NCBI GenBank assembly: GCA_965223415.1 | Contig: OZ245002.1 | Coordinates: 5,000,757 to 5,064,756, forward strand | Direction: 5' to 3' | DNA length: 64,000 nt | Source of the DNA: Myxococcota bacterium | GTDB lineage: Bacteria; Myxococcota_A; UBA9160; UBA6930 | Shown: positions 8,962 through 18,617 of the stretch, one piece after another | Layout of the letters: the number at the start of each line of letters is the position of its first letter | Position numbering within the stretch: position 1 is the first letter of the stretch | Notes under the pieces: generated by a model | The model's database searches: none | The model's input: the letters and a program-made list of their open reading frames with translations, nothing else | What the model was told of the DNA's origin: nothing | Translations under genes and position numbers: made by a program

Positions 8962-9792
8962 TCAATCGGACGGCGCCCGGACCGGTCCGCCCGCGCCGGA
9001 TGCCGCGGCGGGGGCGAGAAGCCGCACCCGGACGCGGAGCTCGCCCGGGCCCTGGGAGAGCGGGATCAGCTCGAGGCGGCCCTCCGGATCGCCGGCCAGC
9101 CGGTCCAGGAGCTGTCCCGGGCGGCCCGGGGCCTCGACCCGCAGCACGACCCGGCCCGCCTCGAAGCGCTCGGGCACCGCCAGGCGCGCCTCGCCGCGTC
9201 GGCGGAGCTGGTCGACGAAGGCGGCGTAGGCCGCCCAGTCGGTGGTCTCGACGATCACCCGATGGGCGTGGGAGGGGATCTGGCCGGGCACGGTCCGGAT
9301 CCAACCGGCGCTGCGCAGGCCCCGGGCGACCCGGTCCACGTCGACCTGCACCTCGATCTCGACGGCGTACTCGACGGAGACTGCCGGATCCCGGAGCACC
9401 CGGGCGGCCCGCTCGCCATGCTCCGTCAGTACCCGGTAGCGGACGGCGTAGTCGGCGGGGGCGCCCCCCAGCGCCGCCAGGACGTCCAGGTCCTGCGGCA
9501 CCGCGCCCCGATCGGCGGCCACGAGATCCTCGCCCACCTGGCGGACCGCCTCGCCGATGCCCTGGCGAAGGGCCGCCTGCCGGGGCGAACGACCTGCCGG
9601 CGCCTGGTCGCCGGCCGGGCTCACCCCTTCCACGACCAGCCGGGCCGGCGCCACGGCCGGGGCCGCTCCAGCGATGAGCAGGAGGAGCCCCGCCGTGACG
9701 AGGGCGACCCCGCCCCAAAGGGGCCCGTTGCCGTTGGCCCCGTGCCCCCGCCTCACGGGCCTGTTGCTGTTGCCCACGCCCCCGCCCCTCAC
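8962..9792 (-). CDS. hypothetical membrane-anchored protein, translationally coupled to dnaE
   Basis: 276 aa. The GTG start overlaps the dnaE stop (GTGA at 9789-9792). Third codon positions are strongly G/C. The N-terminal hydrophobic anchor is WGGVALVTAGLLLLIAGAAPAVA. I recognise no domain. Confidence 0.6.
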   Translation of the reverse strand: MRGGGVGNSNRPVRRGHGANGNGPLWGGVALVTAGLLLLIAGAAPAVAPARLVVEGVSPAGDQAPAGRSPRQAALRQGIGEAVRQVGEDLVAADRGAVPQDLDVLAALGGAPADYAVRYRVLTEHGERAARVLRDPAVSVEYAVEIEVQVDVDRVARGLRSAGWIRTVPGQIPSHAHRVIVETTDWAAYAAFVDQLRRRGEARLAVPERFEAGRVVLRVEAPGRPGQLLDRLAGDPEGRLELIPLSQGPGELRVRVRLLAPAAASGAGGPVRAPSD

Positions 9793-12700
9793 AGGCCGAC
9801 GTCCGTCACCGAGTGGCCGAACAGGCCATCGACCGCCCTGCGGAGCGCCGGCGAGGGGTCGACCGCTCGGCTGTCCGGCAGGGCCATCACGGTCTCACTC
9901 TCCCCGGGAATCATCAGGTGGAGGAGGACGCTGCAGTCGCCCGCGTGGTCGCTCAGGACGTCGCCCAGGGCGGTGAGCCGATCGCGACTCGCCTCCTCGG
10001 CCCGGATGCGGATGTGCACGCGGGCGGCCAGCCGCTCCTCCGCCTGGGCCAGCTCGAACACGTCCCGCAGCAGCAGCTTCGGCGGGTCGGCGCTCTCGAG
10101 GGTCCCGGTGACGATCAACGGGAGGGCGGCCTGGCTGGCATCGGCTCCGGACGCGAGCGCCCCTCGCAAGAGCTCCCGGTGGGTGGCGTAGGGCTCGGAG
10201 AAGATCACGAGCTCGAAGCCGCCCTCCAGGTCCTCGATCGTGCCGAAGGCCATGGTCTGGCCGCGCCGGGTGCGGGTCTCTCGCAGCCCGGTGATCAGGC
10301 CGCCCACCCGCACCTCGCGCCCCACCCACTCGGCGGCGGTCGTGGCGCTCGTGTCCGTGAAGCGGCCCAGGGCGGGCAGGTGCTGCTCCAACGGGTGCCC
10401 GGTGACGTAGAAGCCGAGTACTTCCTTCTCGTAGCCGAGCCGCTCCTGGTCGGTCCAGGGGGCTGCCGCCGGCAGCTCCGTCGGCCCGATCAGCTCGTCG
10501 GCGGCGTCGCCGAACAGGCTCTCCTGACCGATCTCGCGATCGCGCTGGGCGGCGGCCCCGGTCTCGAGGGCCGCATCGAGGCCGGCCCACAGGGCGGCCC
10601 GGTTCTCGTGGAAGGAATCGAAGGCGCCGCACTTCACCAGGCTCTCCGCCACGCGCCGGTTGACCCGGCGACCGTCGATGCGCCGGGTGAAGTCGTGGAG
10701 CCCCTGGAAGGGGCCTTCGGCCCTGCGCGCCGCCAGGATCGACTCGATGGCGCCCTCGCCGACGTTCTTCACGCCGGCCAGCCCGAAACGGATGCCCTCG
10801 GCCACGGGCGTGAAGTCCCGTTCGGACTCGTTCACGTCGGGCGGCAGCACCTCGATCTTGCGCTCCTTCGAGTGCGCGATGTAGCGCGAGAGCTTGTCGT
10901 GGTTGCCGGCCTCGATCGAGAGCAGGGCCGCCAGGAACTCGCGCGGGTGGTTCGCCTTCAGGTAGGCGGTCTGGTAGGTGAGGTAGGCGTAGGCGGTCGA
11001 GTGGGCCTTCGGGAAGCCGTAGCCGGCGAACTCGGCCATCAGGGTGAAGAGCTCGTCGGCCTTCTTCGGGTCGATGCCGTTCTGCCGCGCGCCGCCTACG
11101 AACTTGTCCCGGTGCTTGGCCATCTCCTCGGGCTTCTTCTTGCCCATGGCCCGCCTCAGCAGGTCCGCCTCGCCGAGCGTGTAGCCGCCCAGACGGTTGG
11201 CGATCTGCAGCACCTGGTCCTGGTAGACGATGACGCCGAGGGTCTCCTCCAGCAGCTCCTCGAGCTCCGGGACGAGGTACTCCACCTTCGTCACGCCGTG
11301 CTTGCGGGAGACGTAGTCGTCCACCATCCCGGAGCCGAGCGGTCCGGGGCGGTAGAGGGCGATGAGCGGGATCACCTCCTTGAAGCTCCGGGGCTTGAGC
11401 TTCGAGACCAGGTCGGTCATGCCCGAGGACTCCATCTGGAAGACGCCCTCGGTATCGCCCTGGCACAAGAGGTCATAGCTGGGCTCGTCGTCCAGCGGGA
11501 TCGTCTCGATGGAGAAGTCCGGGAAACCGCCGGCGCGGATGTGCTTCTCGGCGCCCGCGATGATCGTGAGCGTGCGCAGGCCCAGGAAGTCGAACTTGAT
11601 CAGGCCGACCTTCTCGACGCATCGCATGTCGTACTGGGTCATCACGTCGCCGGTCTTCGAGTCCCGGTAGAGCGGGACCATCTCGATCAGCGGTCGCGTC
11701 CCGATCACGACCCCGGCGGCGTGGGTGGAGGCGTGGCGGGTCAGTCCCTCGAGCTTGCGAGCCGTCGCGAGGAGCTTCGCCACCTGGCCGTCCGCCTCGC
11801 CGCGGGTGCGCAGCTCCGGGCTCTGCTCGAGGGCCTGGTCCAGGCTGATGCCGAGGGTCTCGGGGACGAGCTTGGCGATCCGGTCCACGTCGCCGTAGGG
11901 GATGCCGAGCACCCGGCCCACGTCCCGGATCGCGGCCCGGGCCTGCAGGGTCCCGAAGGTGATGATCTGGGAGACCCGGCGGCCGTCGTCGCCCCGATCC
12001 GGCTCGTCGTACTTGTTCGAGACGTAGCGGATCACCTCCTCGCGCCCGCGCATGCAGAAGTCCACGTCGATGTCCGGCATGGAGACCCGCTCGGGGTTCA
12101 GGAAACGCTCGAAGATGATGTCGTACTCGATCGGATCGACACCGGTAATGTCGAGGCTGTAGGCTGCCAGGCTGCCTGCCGAGGAGCCCCGCCCCGGGCC
12201 CACCGGGATGCCGTGGCGCTTCGCGTAGCCGATGAAGTCCGCGACGATCAGGAAGTAGCCGGCGAAGCCCATCTGCTGGATCACGCCCAGCTCGTACTCG
12301 AGGCGCTTGGTGTAGCCCTCGTGCTTGCCCTCGAAGGGTTGGTCGGGCTCCATGCCGAGGCGCCGCCGCAGCCCCTCCCAGGCGTCCCGCTCCAAGACCT
12401 CCTCGCGGGTCAGGCCGGCGGGCACCTGGAACTCGGGCATGTGGTAGGTGTCCATCGACAGCTCGAGATCGCAGCGCTCGGCGATCTCCATGGCGTTGTG
12501 CACCGCCTGGGGGTGGTCGTGGAAGACCTCGAGCATCTCCTCGCCGCTCTTGACGAAGAAGCCCTGGCCGTCGAAGCGGAGCCGGTTCGTGTCGTCCAGG
12601 TTCGACGCGGTGCCGATACAGAGCAGCGCGTCGTGGTGGTCGTGGTCGTGCTCCTCCAGGTAGTGGGCGTCGTTGGTGGCGAGGAGCGGGAGGCGCAGGT

Positions 12701-13301
12701 CGGAGTGCATCTTCAGCAGCTCCGCGTTGACCCGATCCTGGTCCGGGATGCCGTGGCGCTGGAGCTCCAGGTAGTAGCGGTCCTTGAAGGTCTCCGAGAG
12801 CTCCTCCACGAGCCGCCAGGCCGTGTCCATCTCGCCGCCCAGGATGCGGCGGCACACGAGGGACGAGAGGCAGCCGCTGGTCGTGATCAGCCCCTCGCTG
12901 TGCTTCTTCAGCAGGTCGAGGTCGATGCGGGGCTTGTAGTAGAAGCCCTCCAGGTAGGCCTTCGAGATCAGGAACATCAGGTTGTGGTACCCGGTCTCGT
13001 TCATGGCCAGGAGCAGCTGGTGGCTGATGGCGTCGAAGCCGCTGGCGTCGCGCTCGCGCTTCTCCTTGTCGAAGCGCGAGCCGGCGGCGATGTAGGCTTC
13101 ACAGCCGATGATGGGCTTCACGCCGTTCGCCCGCGCCTTCTCGTAGAACTCCACGGCCCCGAACAGGTTGCCGTGGTCGGTCATGGCGATGGCTTCCTGG
13201 CCGAGCGCCTTCACCCGCTCGAAGAGCGGGTTGTGCTTGATGGCGCCGTCGAGGAGCGAGTACTGGGTGTGGAGGTGGAGGTGCGCGAAGGGAACGGTCA
13301 T
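9789..13301 (-). CDS. dnaE: DNA polymerase III alpha subunit
   Basis: 1170 aa. PHP domain HLHLHTQYSLLDGA, the polymerase core (GRGSSAGSLAAYSLDITGVDP, PDIDVDF), HhH and OB regions are all present. Confidence 0.97.
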   Translation of the reverse strand: MTVPFAHLHLHTQYSLLDGAIKHNPLFERVKALGQEAIAMTDHGNLFGAVEFYEKARANGVKPIIGCEAYIAAGSRFDKEKRERDASGFDAISHQLLLAMNETGYHNLMFLISKAYLEGFYYKPRIDLDLLKKHSEGLITTSGCLSSLVCRRILGGEMDTAWRLVEELSETFKDRYYLELQRHGIPDQDRVNAELLKMHSDLRLPLLATNDAHYLEEHDHDHHDALLCIGTASNLDDTNRLRFDGQGFFVKSGEEMLEVFHDHPQAVHNAMEIAERCDLELSMDTYHMPEFQVPAGLTREEVLERDAWEGLRRRLGMEPDQPFEGKHEGYTKRLEYELGVIQQMGFAGYFLIVADFIGYAKRHGIPVGPGRGSSAGSLAAYSLDITGVDPIEYDIIFERFLNPERVSMPDIDVDFCMRGREEVIRYVSNKYDEPDRGDDGRRVSQIITFGTLQARAAIRDVGRVLGIPYGDVDRIAKLVPETLGISLDQALEQSPELRTRGEADGQVAKLLATARKLEGLTRHASTHAAGVVIGTRPLIEMVPLYRDSKTGDVMTQYDMRCVEKVGLIKFDFLGLRTLTIIAGAEKHIRAGGFPDFSIETIPLDDEPSYDLLCQGDTEGVFQMESSGMTDLVSKLKPRSFKEVIPLIALYRPGPLGSGMVDDYVSRKHGVTKVEYLVPELEELLEETLGVIVYQDQVLQIANRLGGYTLGEADLLRRAMGKKKPEEMAKHRDKFVGGARQNGIDPKKADELFTLMAEFAGYGFPKAHSTAYAYLTYQTAYLKANHPREFLAALLSIEAGNHDKLSRYIAHSKERKIEVLPPDVNESERDFTPVAEGIRFGLAGVKNVGEGAIESILAARRAEGPFQGLHDFTRRIDGRRVNRRVAESLVKCGAFDSFHENRAALWAGLDAALETGAAAQRDREIGQESLFGDAADELIGPTELPAAAPWTDQERLGYEKEVLGFYVTGHPLEQHLPALGRFTDTSATTAAEWVGREVRVGGLITGLRETRTRRGQTMAFGTIEDLEGGFELVIFSEPYATHRELLRGALASGADASQAALPLIVTGTLESADPPKLLLRDVFELAQAEERLAARVHIRIRAEEASRDRLTALGDVLSDHAGDCSVLLHLMIPGESETVMALPDSRAVDPSPALRRAVDGLFGHSVTDVGL

Positions 13302-13308
13302 CCGCGCG

Positions 13309-14904
13309 CTACTCCCACTCGATGGTGGCGGGAGGCTTCGAGGAGATGTCGTACACGACGCGGTTGACCCCCTGGACCTCGTTCGTGATGCGGTTCGAGA
13401 CCGCGGCCAGCATGTCGTCCGGCAGCCGGGACCAATCGGCCGTCATCGCGTCGATGGAGCTGACACAGCGGAGCGCGATGCAGTTCTCGTAGGTACGCGC
13501 GTCGCCCATCACGCCGACGCTCTGGATCGGGAGGAACACCGCGAAGGCCTGCCAGATGGCGTCGTAGAGGCCGGCCCGCCGGATCTCCTCGATCAGGATC
13601 GCGTCGGCCTGGCGCAGGATGGCCAGGCGCTCCCGGGTGACCTCCCCCATGATGCGGATGGCCAGGCCCGGCCCGGGGAACGGGTGGCGCCCGACAATCT
13701 CCTCCGGCAGGCCGAGGGTCCGCCCCGCCTCCCGGACCTCGTCCTTGAAGAGCTCGCGCAGCGGCTCGACCAGCTCGAGGTGCATGCGCTCGGGCAGGCC
13801 GCCCACGTTGTGGTGGGTCTTGATCGTCGCCGAGGGCCCGCGCACCGAGACGCTCTCGATCACGTCCGGGTACAGGGTGCCCTGGACCAGGAAGTCCGCT
13901 CCGCCGAGCTTCCTGGCCTGCTCCTCGAAGACGTCGATGAAGAGGTGGCCGATGATCCGGCGCTTCCGCTCCGGGTCGGTGACATCGGTGAGCAGCCGCA
14001 GGAAGCGCTCGCTGGCATCCACGGTAACGAGGGGGATGCCCAGGTGCTCGCCGAAGGCGCGCTCCACCTCCTCCCGCTCGCCCTGCCGCAGGAGCCCGTG
14101 GTCGACGAAGATGCAGGTCTGCCGCTCGCCGATGGCGCGGTGCACGAGCGCCGCGGCGACGGAGGAGTCGACGCCGCCCGAGAGGCCGCAGATCACCCTG
14201 CCCTCGCCCACCTGGGTGCGCACCGCGTCGCAGGCCTCTTCGACGAAGGCATCCATGGTCCAGCTGCACTCGCAGCCGCAGATGCCGTGGACGAAGTTGC
14301 GGAGGATCCGGTCCCCCTCCTCGGTGTGGACCACCTCCGGGTGGAACTGGAGGCCGAAGATCGGCCGGTCCCGGTGCCCCACCGCGGCGAAGGGCGAGCT
14401 CTCGCTGGTCGCCAGCACCTCGAAGCCCTCCGGGAGCCGCAGCACCCGGTCGCCGTGGCTCATCCAGACCGTCCGCTCCGCGCCGCCGTTCAGCCCCGCG
14501 AACAGCGGGTGCTCCGCGCTCTTCAGCTTGAGGAGCGCCCGGCCGTATTCGTGGTCGTCGGCGCTCTCGACCAGCCCGCCGAGCTGGTGGGCCAGGAGCT
14601 GGAGGCCGTAGCAGATCCCGAGGGTCGGAAGACCCAGCTCGAGCACCGCCGGGGCGATCCGCGGGGCGTCCTCCGCCAGGACACTCGCCGGCCCGCCGGA
14701 GAGCACGAGCCCGGCAGGGCGCCAGGCACGGACCTCCTCCGCCGAGAGCGTCGGCGGATGGATCTCGCAGTACACCTGCTGCTCCCGGATGCGGCGGGCG
14801 ATCAGCTGGGTGTACTGGGAGCCGAAGTCCAGAATCAGGATGCGGTCGCGGTGTGAGCCGGACGGTGCGCTCTCGGTGCGGTCTCGGTGGGCGTCGGTCG
14901 ACAA
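13309..14904 (-). CDS. guaA: GMP synthase (glutamine-hydrolysing)
   Basis: GATase domain ([27 protein letters not shown]), PP-loop [10 protein letters not shown], and the C-terminal dimerisation end KPPATIEWE. The exact start is uncertain. Confidence 0.95.
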   Translation of the reverse strand: MSTDAHRDRTESAPSGSHRDRILILDFGSQYTQLIARRIREQQVYCEIHPPTLSAEEVRAWRPAGLVLSGGPASVLAEDAPRIAPAVLELGLPTLGICYGLQLLAHQLGGLVESADDHEYGRALLKLKSAEHPLFAGLNGGAERTVWMSHGDRVLRLPEGFEVLATSESSPFAAVGHRDRPIFGLQFHPEVVHTEEGDRILRNFVHGICGCECSWTMDAFVEEACDAVRTQVGEGRVICGLSGGVDSSVAAALVHRAIGERQTCIFVDHGLLRQGEREEVERAFGEHLGIPLVTVDASERFLRLLTDVTDPERKRRIIGHLFIDVFEEQARKLGGADFLVQGTLYPDVIESVSVRGPSATIKTHHNVGGLPERMHLELVEPLRELFKDEVREAGRTLGLPEEIVGRHPFPGPGLAIRIMGEVTRERLAILRQADAILIEEIRRAGLYDAIWQAFAVFLPIQSVGVMGDARTYENCIALRCVSSIDAMTADWSRLPDDMLAAVSNRITNEVQGVNRVVYDISSKPPATIEWE

Positions 14905-14980
14905 GGGGGAATCCCTGCTGGGCCCACCGGGAGGACGGCGGGCGGTGGTGCGGGGCGTCGGGCGGGGGGCCGGCGGAGAC

Positions 14981-16540
<1,560 letters not shown>

Positions 16541-16627
16541 TCACCCGCCCCCGAGTTGGCGACCAAGTGTACCAGCCGGGGGCCCCATTCGCTTCCTCGA
16601 TCGGGCCGGCTCGGCGTGGAGCGCCCG

Positions 16628-17050
16628 CTAGATCAGGCGGTCGAGCCCGCTGCGGAGGGTGCTGGCGAGATCGCGGAGGATCGCCTCCAGGATTCGCGTC
16701 GCGGCGCGCGGTGCGTCGTCGGACAGGCGCAGGAAGGCGCTGCGAGGGAAGAGCAGCACCCGGGAGGCCTCGGCCGCCGCCGCGGTGAGCTCCCGGCGAC
16801 CGAGGGCGGCCAGAGAGGTACCGCCCAGGTGCCGGCCGGCGGGCAGCGTGACGAGCTCGCCCACCCGGGCGCTCGAGAGCAGCAGCGAGCCCAGGGCCAC
16901 CAGCACCAGCCCGTCGGCCTCGTCGCCCTCCTCCACCACGATCTCACCCATGCCGAGCTCCCGCGCCTCGACGAGATCGCTCACCATGGCGAGCTCCTCC
17001 TCGCTCAGCTCCGCGAAGGGCGCGAAGCGCTTGAGATCGGCGCCGTTCAT
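16628..17050 (-). CDS. stand-alone cyclic-nucleotide-binding-like domain protein
   Basis: Only the last 140 aa of ORF 16628..17884 are used, starting MNGADLKRFAPFAELSEEELAMVSDLVEARELGMGEIVVEEGDEADGLVLV, a CAP-effector-domain pattern. The ATG overlaps the upstream stop (ATGA at 17047-17050). The phosphate-binding cassette looks atypical (GGTSLAALGRRELTA). Confidence 0.78.
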   Translation of the reverse strand: MNGADLKRFAPFAELSEEELAMVSDLVEARELGMGEIVVEEGDEADGLVLVALGSLLLSSARVGELVTLPAGRHLGGTSLAALGRRELTAAAAEASRVLLFPRSAFLRLSDDAPRAATRILEAILRDLASTLRSGLDRLI

Positions 17051-18588
17051 GGCAGGACCCGTCCCAGCATGGTGCCCAGCAAGGCGACCGGGTCGCGCTC
17101 GCCCTCCAGCGGCAGCAGGAAGACCGAGGCCTGATCGAGGAGGCCGAGGCTTGGCTCCAGCTCCGCCCGCGCGAGCTTCTCGCCCTTCGGCAGCACGATC
17201 ACGTGGAAGACCCGGGCTTCCGGGCCCCGGCTGCGGATCTGCTCGACCAACGGCCGCAGCCGCTCCTCGTCCTCGTGATGGGGCCAGCGCATGAGCAGCA
17301 GGGTGCCGAGGGCACCGTGGGTCAGGGCGGGCCAGCAGGCGGCGTAGCGCGGGTCGCTCGGCACCTGAAGGAGCTGGACCATCAGGCCCTCGCCGACCTC
17401 GATGCGTCCCAGCACCGCCACGTCTTCCGGGCGGTACTCGCCCGAGCCACCGGGCTCCATGCGCACGCCCGGCAGGGCCGCGAGCACGCGGACGAAGTCC
17501 CGGGTCCCCGCCGGGTCCGCCGCCGCCAGCAGCAGCTTGGCCTCCTTGGCCGCGCTGCCTCGGGGCCGACCCGCCTGCAGCCACTCCCGCAGGCGCCGCT
17601 TCTGGGCGGTATCGAAGAGGCCCTCGAGGCTGCCCGCCTCGCCTTGCTCGGCCTCGCGGCGCAGCTGGACGAGCCCGCGCTCGCAGAGGGTCTGGAGGGT
17701 GCGGAGCACCTGGTAGTCCGGGAAGCTGGTCCGGTCGAGCAGGTCGCCGACCCGCTCGTCGCGCTCGAGCAGGCCCAAGAGCTCCTGGGTCACCGGGTGG
17801 AGCGCGGAGGGCAGCTCCTCGCGCGGCACGGCCAGGCTCACCCGAGCGGAGGTCGGCGGCAGGGACTCGCGCAGCTGGTCCCACTCGTCGAGCTGGCGCA
17901 GCGCCTCCATCAGGAGGGCCCGTGTCGGCGTGGTGATCCGCGGCGCCATGGTCACCGTGCCCGGCGTGAAGGCGAAGCGGCCCTCCCGCCAGGAGAGCAT
18001 GCGGAAGAGCGCCTTCTCGCCCTCCACCCGGCCCGCGGTCGCCTGCACCAGGTTGCCGTCGCGCAGGATCAGGGCGCCCTGCTCGTCCTGGTGGCCGCCC
18101 TCCTCCCGGGCCAGCTCGATCGTCCCGGTCCGTCGGTTCATGTGGAAGAGCTGGAGCAGATCGGTGAGCGGGATCTGGGCGAGCTTGCCCTGGACCTCCT
18201 GCTGGGCTTCCGCTTCGCGCTCCACCGCGTCGATGCGCTCGCGCTGGGCCAGGATCGCTTCGATTCGCAGGGCCACGTCCTCCGCCGAAGCGGACGGCGG
18301 CAGGGCGTCGTCGAAGAAGCCGCCGTTGATCGGGTCGTCGCCGAGGAAGAGGAAGCGAACCCCTTGGGTCCGCGGGTTGGCCCTTAGGATCTTCGCGAGG
18401 GTGCCGGCATCGATCAGCTCCAGATCGACCGGCGCCACCAGGACGTCGGGCACGTCCGCCAGCGCGGCCTCGAGGGCGGCCGCGCCGGTCCGCACGCAGC
18501 TCGTCGCGTAGCCGCGGGCGGCGCAGGCGTCCGCGAGCTGGCGCGCCCGGCTGGGCAGGCTCTCGGCGATGAGGATCGCGCTACTCAC
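17047..18588 (-). CDS. receiver-like / PATAN (DUF4388) / small-GTPase-like (no P-loop) multidomain protein
   Basis: 513 aa. The N-terminus has a CheY-like pattern (AILIAES...DVLVAPVDLELIDAG) without an obvious conserved Thr or Lys. The DUF4388 signature is IPLTDLLQLFHMNRRTGTIEL...GEKALFRMLSWREGRFAF. C-terminal residues ~348-513 follow MglA/Ras-like strand order, but with ADPAGTRD in place of GxxxxGK[ST]. Confidence 0.78.
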   Translation of the reverse strand: MSSAILIAESLPSRARQLADACAARGYATSCVRTGAAALEAALADVPDVLVAPVDLELIDAGTLAKILRANPRTQGVRFLFLGDDPINGGFFDDALPPSASAEDVALRIEAILAQRERIDAVEREAEAQQEVQGKLAQIPLTDLLQLFHMNRRTGTIELAREEGGHQDEQGALILRDGNLVQATAGRVEGEKALFRMLSWREGRFAFTPGTVTMAPRITTPTRALLMEALRQLDEWDQLRESLPPTSARVSLAVPREELPSALHPVTQELLGLLERDERVGDLLDRTSFPDYQVLRTLQTLCERGLVQLRREAEQGEAGSLEGLFDTAQKRRLREWLQAGRPRGSAAKEAKLLLAAADPAGTRDFVRVLAALPGVRMEPGGSGEYRPEDVAVLGRIEVGEGLMVQLLQVPSDPRYAACWPALTHGALGTLLLMRWPHHEDEERLRPLVEQIRSRGPEARVFHVIVLPKGEKLARAELEPSLGLLDQASVFLLPLEGERDPVALLGTMLGRVLP

Positions 18589-18617
18589 CGATCGGGTTCT
18601 CCATCTCCCGGCTCGCG

